From a virus (lineage: Duplodnaviria > Caudoviricetes): a stretch of DNA of 51,349 nucleotides. Below are positions 9,039 through 17,482 of the stretch, in pieces. The notes under the pieces were generated by a model, which saw nothing but the letters and a program-made list of their open reading frames with translations, did no database searches and was not told where the DNA came from. A program made the position numbers and the translations under genes. Numbering within the stretch: the first letter of the stretch is position 1; each line of letters starts with the position of its first letter. The stretch is from positions 1 through 51,349 of the IMG/VR virus record IMGVR_UViG_3300006097_000004; one strand, written 5' to 3'.

Positions 9039-9535
9039 GGCAAGTCTACATCCCCATCGTCCAGCCGCCTCTCAAGCTCGCGGGCGACATCCGGGTATTG
9101 CTGCAGTGTCTCTTTCAGTATTCCCCAGAGCTGGACGAACGCTGGGTCTGTTTTGAATGATCCCGCCCGCACACTACGCAGCTCTGCGGCAACCTGGGCC
9201 GCAGCTCGTATGTTCTTCGCTATCTGGTCCAGAATTATTGGCCGCCGGTCGTCAATGGCCATGAGCTGCGCCGTCTCCCTGGGCTCCAGCTCACCGCTGT
9301 CCATGGCTTCCCTGATGGCCTCTGTCTTCTTCTCCTGCTCCTTGTACAGCTTTATCAGCTCCGCCCGGGCCCAAGCCAGATAATCAGAAGCCAGGACCCC
9401 GGCCTCTATCTCCTCAGCCGCCAGCCCCTGGATCTCTTCCAAGATATCACTATTTCTTCCCTGAGCCCTCTTCAGGTCCAGGAGAGCCCTGTCTGTCGCT
9501 GTCCTCGGTCGTAATGTTTGTGCCTTCGTTCCCAT
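9035..9535 (-). CDS. Putative terminase small subunit
   Basis: Helical protein, first gene of the packaging operon; ATG 9535 preferred over the track start because a promoter occupies 9543-9571. Confidence 0.5.
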   Translation of the reverse strand: MGTKAQTLRPRTATDRALLDLKRAQGRNSDILEEIQGLAAEEIEAGVLASDYLAWARAELIKLYKEQEKKTEAIREAMDSGELEPRETAQLMAIDDRRPIILDQIAKNIRAAAQVAAELRSVRAGSFKTDPAFVQLWGILKETLQQYPDVARELERRLDDGDVDLP

Positions 9536-9542
9536 CAGTAAA

Positions 9543-9571
9543 ACTCTACCACATAAAGGGTAATAAGGCAA
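9543..9571 (-). promoter_or_regulatory. Late promoter giving a probably leaderless transcript
   Basis: TTGCCT-17 bp-(TG)TAGAGT, 7 nt before ATG 9535, no SD. Confidence 0.55.
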
Positions 9572-9618
9572 ATACTATACATCCGTGTAGTATCCCGGAT
9601 TATTCTTTTGCTCTTTTG

Positions 9619-9670
9619 TTGACATTATTTTGACATTCTATTGACATACCCCCCACCTATGTGCTATACT
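9619..9670 (+). promoter_or_regulatory. Early promoter with three phased TTGACAT repeats
   Basis: TTGACAT at 9619, 9630 and 9641; the last is followed after 18 bp by TATACT (9665-9670) with an extended -10 TG. Confidence 0.7.
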
Positions 9671-9865
9671 CAGATCATGGTTGAGGGAGAGCGAGGCACT
9701 CCCCACCGGGGATCATTGACATAGGGCTTACAGCAGGAGCGGGGATTGTAACCGTGGATAGCTGGAGGGGCACCGAGGAGCAGACGGTATTTCTGCGGCT
9801 GAGCATGACAGCATTCATGCAGCAGCTTCCTCAGCACGGGGCGGGGGAGCTGTAGAGCGAGATTC

Positions 9866-9915
9866 TGGTCTGTATCTGATGCGGATACACTGATGAGCCC
9901 AGCAGGGCGAAACCG
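9866..9915 (+). ncRNA. Hammerhead ribozyme, type III
   Basis: UGGUC^ (cut after 9870), stem I UGUAUCU/GGAUACA, core CUGAUGA 9890-9896, stem II GCCC-AGCA-GGGC, GAAA 9909-9912, CCG closing stem III; loop I (GAUGC) is complementary to loop II (AGCA). Confidence 0.88.
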
Positions 9916-9928
9916 ACAGGGGGATAAT

Positions 9929-10219
9929 ATGGAATACAATAAAAACTACCAAGATATTGCCAGCTTCAAATGTGAACGAGCTTTGCTCTACCACGACAGC
10001 TACAGAGATGCCAGACCTGCTGAGAAAGTTATTACGCTTTATCAGATAAACCGCAAAGTCTATTCCAGGGTCGGGAACGGCAAAAAGCTTTACTTCATGG
10101 CCAATCAGGAGCTCATCATCGAGATGGAGAAGGATGATGATTATTCGAACCTCTTCCGCCTCGTTTTCTCGAACGGAAGCAAATACCAGCATTGGGATAT
10201 TCTGGAGAGAGTAAGCTGA
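9929..10219 (+). CDS. Hypothetical early protein (96 aa) flanked by two hammerheads
   Basis: ATG 9929 with AGGGGG RBS (MEYNKNYQ...); the track start at 9893 falls inside the ribozyme core. Confidence 0.7.
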   Translation: MEYNKNYQDIASFKCERALLYHDSYRDARPAEKVITLYQINRKVYSRVGNGKKLYFMANQELIIEMEKDDDYSNLFRLVFSNGSKYQHWDILERVS

Positions 10220-10282
10220 GTCGAAACCCGGATACGTCCGGGTCCGCGGTGGAATGGCCTCCCCGCGCTGATGAGACAGGCT
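10220..10282 (+). ncRNA. Hammerhead ribozyme, type II (pseudoknotted)
   Basis: GUC-GAAA, stem III CCCGGA-UACG-UCCGGG, GUC^ (cut after 10244), stem I CGCGG/CCGCG, core CUGAUGA 10268-10274, GAC closing stem II; loop I GCCU pairs with 3' AGGC. Confidence 0.92.
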
Positions 10283-10300
10283 ACAGAAACGGAGGGAAGT

Positions 10301-11173
10301 ATGGCAAGCAATAAAGAAATCGCAGGATATGTTATTGAGCAGATTGAAAAGCTTCTTGACCAGCCGCTTAGCTGGAGCAATGGCCGGAAAGATTTTAGTT
10401 TCCCGCATAACCCGGTGAGCGGCACCAGCTACAAAGGAATCAACGTTTTTTCTTTGGCGGTAGACACCCTCGCCCATGGCTACAAGAGTAGCAGATACAT
10501 GACTTACAATCAAGCCAATAAGCTTGGCGGGCAGGTCCGGGCAGGAGAGAAGTCCAGAATTATAGTCTTCTGGAAAATGCTTCGCACAACCGACAAAGAC
10601 AACCCCGACAAGCAGAAGTTGATCCCCCTGCTCCGCTATTATCGGGTATTTAATGTTGACCAGATAGACGGACTTCCAGAGAAATATCAGGCTCCTGAGT
10701 TCGAGGACATGGAAACCCTGCAGGCGTCTGAAGATCTTGCAGCCAGTTTCTTCTCCAGGGAGAAGGTAACCCTGCACGAGGCCAACGGGACCCCGAGCTA
10801 TTCGCCCGAGCTTGACAGGATATTCGTTCCTCCTATCGGGCACTATGAGAGCTCTTCCAGGTACTATGAGACCCTGTTTCATGAGATGGTTCACAGCACG
10901 GGGCACCCTTCGCGATTGAACAGGGAGCTCTCGATGATGCCAGATTCTTACGCCAAAGAGGAGCTTATCGCGGAGTATGGTTCGGCGATACTTTGTGCCA
11001 TGACCGGATCTGCCAATGGGTTCGAGAACTTCGCAGCCTATATCAAGTCATGGTGGCACCACGTAAAAGAAAATCCAATGGACCTCGTATCCGCGGCAGG
11101 CAAAGCCTATCAAGCGGTTGAGTATATTGAAGGCAAAGCCTCTGGGGAAGAGGCTGGCGCCAACGCAGCGTAA
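10301..11173 (+). CDS. ardC: ArdC family ssDNA-binding antirestriction protein (N-terminal ssDNA-binding domain plus zincin-like domain)
   Basis: PHNPVSGTSYKGINV, YMTYNQANKLGGQVRAGEKS, YYRVFNVDQIDG, YYETLFHEMVHSTGHPSRLNR, YAKEELIAE; ATG 10301 with GGAGG. Confidence 0.92.
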   Translation: MASNKEIAGYVIEQIEKLLDQPLSWSNGRKDFSFPHNPVSGTSYKGINVFSLAVDTLAHGYKSSRYMTYNQANKLGGQVRAGEKSRIIVFWKMLRTTDKDNPDKQKLIPLLRYYRVFNVDQIDGLPEKYQAPEFEDMETLQASEDLAASFFSREKVTLHEANGTPSYSPELDRIFVPPIGHYESSSRYYETLFHEMVHSTGHPSRLNRELSMMPDSYAKEELIAEYGSAILCAMTGSANGFENFAAYIKSWWHHVKENPMDLVSAAGKAYQAVEYIEGKASGEEAGANAA

Positions 11174-11186
11174 AGGAGAGAGATCT

Positions 11187-11489
11187 ATGAACAAGGCTGA
11201 TTATCGTGCATACCTGATTGAGCAGGCTGCAGGCTTCGGAATCCCCTCCCGCATGACGGATGGGCTCGTATCATATATCGTCGACGGACAGCGGCCCGGT
11301 GGATTCCTTGAGGCCGTACTGAGCAATGATCTGAACGCTGCTGTCGCCAGGGGAGATGATGAGAACCGGAAGCTCCTGTCGAACTACATTCTTTTCCTGT
11401 TCAACAGGGCCCCCGGCGGCTGCTGGGGTAACCGGGATCTCTTCGAGTCCTGGGAAGGCATGAACCTTGAGGAGGGGGAGGATGATTGA
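11187..11489 (+). CDS. Conserved phage hypothetical protein
   Basis: ATG 11187 after AAGGAG; YIVDGQRPGGFLEAVLSNDL...APGGCWG. Confidence 0.7.
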   Translation: MNKADYRAYLIEQAAGFGIPSRMTDGLVSYIVDGQRPGGFLEAVLSNDLNAAVARGDDENRKLLSNYILFLFNRAPGGCWGNRDLFESWEGMNLEEGEDD

Positions 11490-11847
11490 TTATTACTTTG
11501 TTGAGGATGCCGCCGGCAGGCGGTTTGTCTCCTGCCTCGGTAGAGACGAGGCTGCGAAGCTTGCCGAGTCCGGAACAACGGTAAAACTTTGCGGTGAGCC
11601 TGGGGCCTTCACTGAAAGCGGAAGGGTCCATAGATATATTCACTGCCCGCCGAGTGCCTGGGCTGCAGATCAGGGGGCAACAGACTCGCTCCTCATCGAG
11701 GCAGAAATGTTCTACACCACGGCGGGCCATCTTGCAGGCTCATGCACAAGGCCAGCCATCGTTGGAAAGACGGTTGCTTATATCGGGGTCGACGAGGACG
11801 ACCGAGGGAAAATCGTATGGGAAAAATGGAAAATCAGGAGAAGGTAA
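11482..11847 (+). CDS. Hypothetical protein
   Basis: ATG 11482 after a purine-rich RBS, overlapping the previous stop. Confidence 0.55.
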   Translation: MIDYYFVEDAAGRRFVSCLGRDEAAKLAESGTTVKLCGEPGAFTESGRVHRYIHCPPSAWAADQGATDSLLIEAEMFYTTAGHLAGSCTRPAIVGKTVAYIGVDEDDRGKIVWEKWKIRRR

Positions 11848-11975
11848 GGTACTGCGAAAAGTGTGGCGGTAAAACCATCGTCACATACCGCAGGATCTTC
11901 GGCAGAGAAGGGAACGAGCAGGGAAAGGATCTGTTTGACGAGTGTGTCCGCTGCGGGCATAGAAGGAGGTTTTGA
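11817..11975 (+). CDS. Small zinc-ribbon protein
   Basis: CEKCGG...CVRCGH; ATG 11817 after GAGG. Confidence 0.5.
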   Translation: MGKMENQEKVRYCEKCGGKTIVTYRRIFGREGNEQGKDLFDECVRCGHRRRF

Positions 11976-12329
11976 ATGTTCAAGATGGTAGAGGTCCTTA
12001 TACACGACCGGAAAGAGCTGTACGGCTGGCGGCTGAAGTCTGTTCTCTGGATGCTCCAGCGGCTGCAGGATAAAATATACGGAAAGCCGATGCAGCTCGG
12101 GTTTGAGACCCTCAGGGGCCAGGTTTACTCGATACGGCACGAGCTGAATGTGATCTGGCTCTATGCCCATGGCTGGAATTATGTTCCCTGGTGGGGAGGC
12201 GGAGGCAGTGGAGAAGCGTACATGAAAACCCTAAACGCCGCATACGCCGAGAGGAGGTTCAACGGAAGCCAGAAGAGACCCGGGACAATGACCATAAAAG
12301 AGCTTAAGCTCGCATTCAAGGAGGTGTAA
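11976..12329 (+). CDS. Hypothetical protein
   Basis: RBS AGGAGG; operon continuity. Confidence 0.6.
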   Translation: MFKMVEVLIHDRKELYGWRLKSVLWMLQRLQDKIYGKPMQLGFETLRGQVYSIRHELNVIWLYAHGWNYVPWWGGGGSGEAYMKTLNAAYAERRFNGSQKRPGTMTIKELKLAFKEV

Positions 12330-12604
12330 TGAGCTGGCATATAAACGACGTCCTGATCCAGGGACATACGGCGGCTGTTCACAAGGAGGGGGACAGCCTG
12401 CTGTTTGCCCTGAATGTCCGGTCTTATGACGTATCTGCAGACGGGACAGAGTATCCTGTTTACCGGAAGTTCGCAGTTCGATCGGAAGCGCCTCTGCCCG
12501 AGATCAGAGAGAGGTCCTTTGTCGAGATCCGCGGGGGGCTCGATCATGACGAGAACTTTCAGGTCTACATCACGACCCGCTCTGTAAGGGTGCTGAAGTT
12601 TTGA
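12329..12604 (+). CDS. Small OB-fold/SSB-like protein
   Basis: INDVLIQG...FALNV...VEIRGGL strand pattern resembles SSB; RBS AGGAGG. Confidence 0.4.
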   Translation: MSWHINDVLIQGHTAAVHKEGDSLLFALNVRSYDVSADGTEYPVYRKFAVRSEAPLPEIRERSFVEIRGGLDHDENFQVYITTRSVRVLKF

Positions 12605-12909
12605 ACTGGGATATCGTATCAGGCTACAGGGACGGAGGGCTACAACACGGAAAGGAGCTGCTTGTGACAAACGGAAATGAAACGGTCCCCCTCAGCGATG
12701 CTATCTACAGAGTTATTTCTGAGCGGGAAAAGAGAAGGGCTGCAGAGACAGAGAGGCGGAAGTACCTGGAACTCGTAGAGGACTTTCACAGGTTCAGGCT
12801 CGGCGAGATATCGAAAAGTGAGCTTGCCTGCAGTATTCACATGTACCAGAGGGGTATGGGATATGAGGTACCTGGGACGCAGCAGGGCGGTTGTCCTGCA
12901 GAAGAATAA
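12601..12909 (+). CDS. Hypothetical protein
   Basis: TTGA overlap with the upstream gene. Confidence 0.45.
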   Translation: MNWDIVSGYRDGGLQHGKELLVTNGNETVPLSDAIYRVISEREKRRAAETERRKYLELVEDFHRFRLGEISKSELACSIHMYQRGMGYEVPGTQQGGCPAEE

Positions 12910-13216
12910 GCACTGCGTTATCCCGCTCCCCCCGCAATATGTTGAATCGAAGTTAAGCGGGAGCTGGTCCAGCGTCGTGTTTGATATCTGGACAGACGAA
13001 AATAGCCGGGGGCTTTTTCTGAGCCCTGTCGGCGACAAGGAGTTATTCGGTGCGGAAGTATACAATGACGAGGGAACAGGCCGAGGCGATGGTAAACCTC
13101 ATGAGAGGACAATCCCCGAAGCGACGTTTGGAGCCATGGGCAAGAGAAAACTTGTCGTATTATCTGAGAGCGACTTCGATGAGCGAGTTCCTGGGAAAGA
13201 ACGGGATCACAATTGA
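12863..13216 (+). CDS. Hypothetical protein, possible AbrB-like N terminus
   Basis: MRYLGRSRAVV...CVIPLPPQY; overlaps both neighbours, so boundaries are uncertain. Confidence 0.35.
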   Translation: MRYLGRSRAVVLQKNKHCVIPLPPQYVESKLSGSWSSVVFDIWTDENSRGLFLSPVGDKELFGAEVYNDEGTGRGDGKPHERTIPEATFGAMGKRKLVVLSESDFDERVPGKERDHN

Positions 13217-13367
13217 CGACAACGCATATTCATACGATTTTCCCTGCTGCCATGAGCTGTGGGACAGGGAAACAGAGGGGCTCAAGCCCTGCGGAGATAC
13301 TCCGACCCGCGAGGTAAAACGCGGTCGGTTTGTATGCGAGAAGCATGATATTTTAGGAGTACGCTGA
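13065..13367 (+). CDS. Hypothetical protein with C-terminal Cys/His cluster
   Basis: Stop overlaps the ERF start (TGATG); CC...PC...CEKH. Confidence 0.45.
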   Translation: MTREQAEAMVNLMRGQSPKRRLEPWARENLSYYLRATSMSEFLGKNGITIDDNAYSYDFPCCHELWDRETEGLKPCGDTPTREVKRGRFVCEKHDILGVR

Positions 13368-14116
13368 TGGAAGAAGAGAAAGCCCTACAGGCCGCGAGCA
13401 ATAATATTGTTGCCGCGGAAAACCCTATCCAGTCCCTGGTTGAGAAGGCACTGGATAAGCAGGTAGACGTTGAAACGCTGGAGCGGATCATCGCCCTGGC
13501 CGAGAAGACCCAGGCGACGATCGACCAGAAGGAGTTCGAGTACCACTTCGGGCTCATGCAGCAGGAGTTTGAGCCGGTCCACAAGACGCGGTCGGTTAAG
13601 ACAAAGAGCGGGGATCACGCCTATTCCTATGTGAACCTTGACGACATTCTCGCGGTGTATAAGCCGATACTGTCCCGGCATGGGTTCTCCTATCGCTGGG
13701 AGGAAGAGACAGTCACCCCGGACCTGAAGAGAATAACCTGCGTTATTGCGGGGTACGGGCACGAGAAGAGAAGCTCTGTCGAGGTCCCGATACCCCCGGC
13801 GTCGTCCATGACCAACAGCATCCAGCAGCGAGGATCTGCGACATCCTACGGGAAACGATACTCATTCTGCTCGGCTGTCGGCGTAATCATCCAGGATGAG
13901 GACGACGATGCAGCGGGCCTTACCTTTGCCGATGGTGTCCGCTACTCGGTTTTCGTCGATGCCATGAATAAGGCTGAGGATCTTGAAAAGCTGAAGTCCG
14001 CCTGGGCATCCTGCTATAAGGAGCTGAGCAAGGCCCGGGATAATGACGGCCTCGAAAAGATGAGCGGGATATACACCAGCCGGAAGGAGCGGCTTACCAA
14101 TGGATCAGAGAACTGA
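13367..14116 (+). CDS. ERF family single-strand annealing protein
   Basis: YSYVNLDDIL...PILSRHGFSY, QQRGSATSYGKRYS...GV...EDDD. Confidence 0.88.
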   Translation: MEEEKALQAASNNIVAAENPIQSLVEKALDKQVDVETLERIIALAEKTQATIDQKEFEYHFGLMQQEFEPVHKTRSVKTKSGDHAYSYVNLDDILAVYKPILSRHGFSYRWEEETVTPDLKRITCVIAGYGHEKRSSVEVPIPPASSMTNSIQQRGSATSYGKRYSFCSAVGVIIQDEDDDAAGLTFADGVRYSVFVDAMNKAEDLEKLKSAWASCYKELSKARDNDGLEKMSGIYTSRKERLTNGSEN

Positions 14117-14696
14117 AGAGTGGTTTGAAGCTCGCCGCGGGAAGTTTACAGCTTCCCGCGTTTATGATCTTATCCCGGGACCCAGGGGCGGATCGGCAGC
14201 GCTCGACAACTATATCATGGAGGTCGCCCTGGAGAGGGTTACCGGGTATACGGAAGAAGGGTTTTTCTCCCAGGATATGCAGAACGGGATAGACCGTGAG
14301 GGTACAGCCAGGGCGCTATACGAAGCTCAGTACGAGTCGGTTACCGAAGTAGGGTTCATTCTGCACCCCGATATACCGTACCTCGGAGGATCTCCGGACG
14401 GGTTAATTGAGATTGATGGGGGGCTTGAGATAAAATGCCCGAAGGCGAAAACTCATCTGAAAACACTGCAGACCATGAAAATTGAGACGCGGTATCTTTA
14501 TCAGATCCAGTGCAATATGATGTGCAGCGGCAGGTCCTGGTGGGCATTCGTCTCCTATCATCCCGGATTCCCGTTTGGGAAAGAGCTTGTTAGGATCATC
14601 GTCAAGAAAGATCCAGTAGTGCAGACAGAGATAAAGATAGCAGTCGAGAAGGCTGAGAAAAAGGTTCAGGAAATCGTAAAATATCTGGAGGAGTAA
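14100..14696 (+). CDS. YqaJ/lambda-exonuclease family protein
   Basis: MDQRTEEWFEARRGKFTAS, GGSPDG, LEIKCP, YQIQCNM. Confidence 0.92.
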   Translation: MDQRTEEWFEARRGKFTASRVYDLIPGPRGGSAALDNYIMEVALERVTGYTEEGFFSQDMQNGIDREGTARALYEAQYESVTEVGFILHPDIPYLGGSPDGLIEIDGGLEIKCPKAKTHLKTLQTMKIETRYLYQIQCNMMCSGRSWWAFVSYHPGFPFGKELVRIIVKKDPVVQTEIKIAVEKAEKKVQEIVKYLEE

Positions 14697-15679
14697 TGTT
14701 AGACTTAATCGAAAAGAAAACTGTAAACGAGCTTGATCCGAGCAAGGCGCAGCAGATCCGTGAAATGTTCGAGCCCATGGTCGGGATGCTGGAGGAGATG
14801 GAAGGCCAGTACGCTGAAGTAATGAAACTTGAACAGTCTCCCGAGAAATCTGCCCTGGCCAAGCGGCTCCGCATAGAAATCGCCAAGGTGCGTATAGAAG
14901 CCGACAAGGTCCGCAAGGCTCAGAAGCAGCAGTACCTGATTGCCGGTAACGCGATTCAGGGAGCGTTCAATATCCTTAAGTATGCCGTGACCGACAAGGA
15001 AGAGGCGCTCAAGGAGGTAGAAACCTACTACGAGCGGCTTGAGGAGGAGCGGCTGCAGAAGATCAGGGAAGAGCGTGGTCAGCAGCTCGAAGAGCTTGAG
15101 TACGTACTCCCAGGGGTAGACCTCGCGAGCGTAAGCGACGAAGACTTCGAGAAAATCCTCGGACAGGCCAGGGTTAACCATAAAGCCCTGATAGAGGAGC
15201 GCGAGAAGGAGGAGCGCGAACGGCTGGAGAACGAGCGTCTCGACAAAGAGTATCGCGACAGGAGAGAGAAGGCTGCCAGGTATGCCAGATACGGATCGCT
15301 CGACCATGTATATCGCGGGATGCCTGACCATGAGTTCAATGAACTTATCGAAAATATGGAACTGAAGGAGCAGGAAGAGGTTCAGCGCCAGAGGGAAATC
15401 GAGGAAGAGAATAAGAGGCTCGCAGCAGAGAGGAAGAAGCAGGACGAGGAAATGCGGAGGGAGCGGGAAAAACGTGATAAGCTCGAAAAGGCCGAAGCCG
15501 AGAGAAAACGGATCGCAGCCGAGGAAGCAAGGAAACTGAAAACTGCAACCGACAAGGAGAAACTTCTTCTTGCTGCCCAGCAGGTTCTTGGTTTCGTTGA
15601 TACGGTCTCGACAGACGAGGCGGTGGCCGCAATACGGGAGGCATACAGCGTCCTGTCGAAGGCTGCCGGTGAGCTGTGA
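14696..15679 (+). CDS. Coiled-coil protein next to the recombination genes (homolog of 47640-48695)
   Basis: AKRLRIEIAKVRIEADKVRKAQK...GNAIQG; E/K/R-rich C half. Confidence 0.75.
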   Translation: MLDLIEKKTVNELDPSKAQQIREMFEPMVGMLEEMEGQYAEVMKLEQSPEKSALAKRLRIEIAKVRIEADKVRKAQKQQYLIAGNAIQGAFNILKYAVTDKEEALKEVETYYERLEEERLQKIREERGQQLEELEYVLPGVDLASVSDEDFEKILGQARVNHKALIEEREKEERERLENERLDKEYRDRREKAARYARYGSLDHVYRGMPDHEFNELIENMELKEQEEVQRQREIEEENKRLAAERKKQDEEMRREREKRDKLEKAEAERKRIAAEEARKLKTATDKEKLLLAAQQVLGFVDTVSTDEAVAAIREAYSVLSKAAGEL

Positions 15680-16164
15680 AGATCCTGATCGTCTCAGACT
15701 CAGAGTATATCCCTGAGTCTGAGGATCTCCCCGAGATAGGAACCTCGTACCTGCTTGAAGACGCTACCTATGGGACCTCGGCGCAGAACAGGACCTTTCA
15801 CGCGCTGCTGCAGGAATATTGGAAGAGCGGGCTTCACCCGAAATACGGCGGGGACCCCTTCTCTACATTCAAGGATCAGATAAAACGTACCATTGGAGCT
15901 GGTTTTGAATCCTACGTCTATGCAGACATCATCGACGGAAAGCCGAAGATTTTCCAGGCATCTTCAATCGACGAGATACCCGACAGGATACGTAAAGATC
16001 CTGACATGAGGTCGATAGTCAGAGGGCGACTGAAATCCTGGGCTGATTATACCAAGAAGGAGCGGCAGAATACGATCGACAACATAATAAACGACATGCT
16101 CTCGGTCGGAGTTAGCAGTAAAAAGTTCGATGAAATACTTTCCGGAATCGGGTGGGGATCGTGA
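15676..16164 (+). CDS. NinB/Orf-like recombination accessory protein
   Basis: TSAQNRTFHALL motif and C-terminal KSWADYTKKE...ID. Confidence 0.45.
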   Translation: MKILIVSDSEYIPESEDLPEIGTSYLLEDATYGTSAQNRTFHALLQEYWKSGLHPKYGGDPFSTFKDQIKRTIGAGFESYVYADIIDGKPKIFQASSIDEIPDRIRKDPDMRSIVRGRLKSWADYTKKERQNTIDNIINDMLSVGVSSKKFDEILSGIGWGS

Positions 16165-16457
16165 CCGAGAGGGAACGGTTCGCCCTGGCTGATCTTCGTT
16201 CCGAAGTCTATGTTCGCGACCGTGGGTGCTGCCGCTATTGCGGAAAGCCTGTTCCCTTCCCAGGGGAGCTGGCGCACAGAATACCGCAGACAAAAGTGAA
16301 TCTCAAGAAGTACGGCAAGGATGTGATTCACCATAAAAACAATCTCGCCCTGGTGTGCTATCGCTCATCCAGGTGCAATGACGGCATGATGATAGGGAAC
16401 GACAAGGAAGAGACTACTAAACTTCTGTTTAGTATTTACGCGGAGCTTGGGCTGTGA
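16161..16457 (+). CDS. HNH-type endonuclease
   Basis: RDRGCCRYCG...AHRIP...NLALVC...CN; GTGA overlap. Confidence 0.65.
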   Translation: MTERERFALADLRSEVYVRDRGCCRYCGKPVPFPGELAHRIPQTKVNLKKYGKDVIHHKNNLALVCYRSSRCNDGMMIGNDKEETTKLLFSIYAELGL

Positions 16458-16554
16458 TAATATTACAGCAACCTTCTTCCGTTTCCTGTGCCTTCTCCTG
16501 TGCCACCGCCCACAATATACGGGCGGTGGACTTTATTACCTACTGGAGGATCTG

Positions 16555-16758
16555 ATGGCAACAGTAATAACGAAACGCGAACTCATCGAAATATACGAGA
16601 ACAATTCGAACCATGAAGCAGCACGCCTTCTCGGCGTGTCGGTCAACACCCTGATGCGCGTTCTCAGGGAGAACGGGATAGAAACAAAGGGCAAGGGGGT
16701 CCGCCAGGGGAAGCTTGTCGTCGTCGATGAGGAGAGTGTAGATGATAATCAGGATTGA
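16555..16758 (+). CDS. Small HTH DNA-binding protein
   Basis: EAARLLGVSVNTLMRVLRENGI; GGAGG RBS. Confidence 0.7.
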   Translation: MATVITKRELIEIYENNSNHEAARLLGVSVNTLMRVLRENGIETKGKGVRQGKLVVVDEESVDDNQD

Positions 16759-17482
16759 AAAAACAAAAGGGTATAGCGTAATAGCGAACGAACTCGCCAA
16801 GAGGAGCGACGTTTCAGCCAGGGCGAAGGGAATATATTTCTACCTCATGACACTCCCCGACGACTGGAAGCTCTACAAGCGAGAGCTATACACACACTTT
16901 ACCGAGGGCAGAGACGCGATATCAAAGGCATTCAATGAACTGAAAGATCTTGGATATATAACGAAAAATCCTGAGCGCGACGATTCTGGACGCATAATCG
17001 GCTGGGATTACACGGTTCACGAGTCAGTCCAAAATCTCCAATCTACCGAACGACTGAAAAACCGTCGGACGGAAAAACCGTCGGACGGAGAATCCGCAAC
17101 TACTAAATACTCACTTAAACAAAATACTTACTCAACAAAGAATATATATAGTCCTGCACGGCAGGACCGTATTCCCTATGCGGATATCGTTGATATTCTT
17201 AACAGAGAATGCGGAACACGGTTCAAGAGTTCCGGAGAGAAGACGAGGAAGCTTATACGAGCAAGATGGAATGACGGGTTCAGAACAGCTGACTTTGAGT
17301 CTGTGGCCAGGAAGAAGGCTGCTCAGTGGCTGGGGTCAGAGATGGAAAAGTTCCTGCGGCCAATTACGCTGTTCGGGACGAAGTTTGAATCATACCTAAA
17401 CGAGAAGGAAGAGAAGAATGGAAGAAGGAAAACAGATCCCTGGGAATCTGGTGACTACTACGGGGATCGCAACGTGTCCTGA
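16742..17482 (+). CDS. Replication initiator / replisome organizer (N-terminal HTH, conserved phage C-terminal domain)
   Basis: VSARAKGIYFYLMTLPDDW...ELKDLGYI; KLIRARWNDGF...FLRPITLFGTKFESYLNE. Confidence 0.85.
   Translation: MIIRIEKTKGYSVIANELAKRSDVSARAKGIYFYLMTLPDDWKLYKRELYTHFTEGRDAISKAFNELKDLGYITKNPERDDSGRIIGWDYTVHESVQNLQSTERLKNRRTEKPSDGESATTKYSLKQNTYSTKNIYSPARQDRIPYADIVDILNRECGTRFKSSGEKTRKLIRARWNDGFRTADFESVARKKAAQWLGSEMEKFLRPITLFGTKFESYLNEKEEKNGRRKTDPWESGDYYGDRNVS
17056..17150. repeat. Probable origin: tandem 16-bp repeats plus AT-rich tract inside the initiator gene
   Basis: GAAAAACCGTCGGACG twice (17056-17087), each holding the inverted repeat CCGTC-G-GACGG, followed by an AT-rich run at 17101-17150. 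Confidence 0.55.

Noticed and set aside
9722-9775. Twister ribozyme (3' end GCTGGAGGGGCA resembles twister)
   Set aside because: Lacks the UAA cleavage loop and the internal U-NNN-AAGC loop needed for the two pseudoknots.
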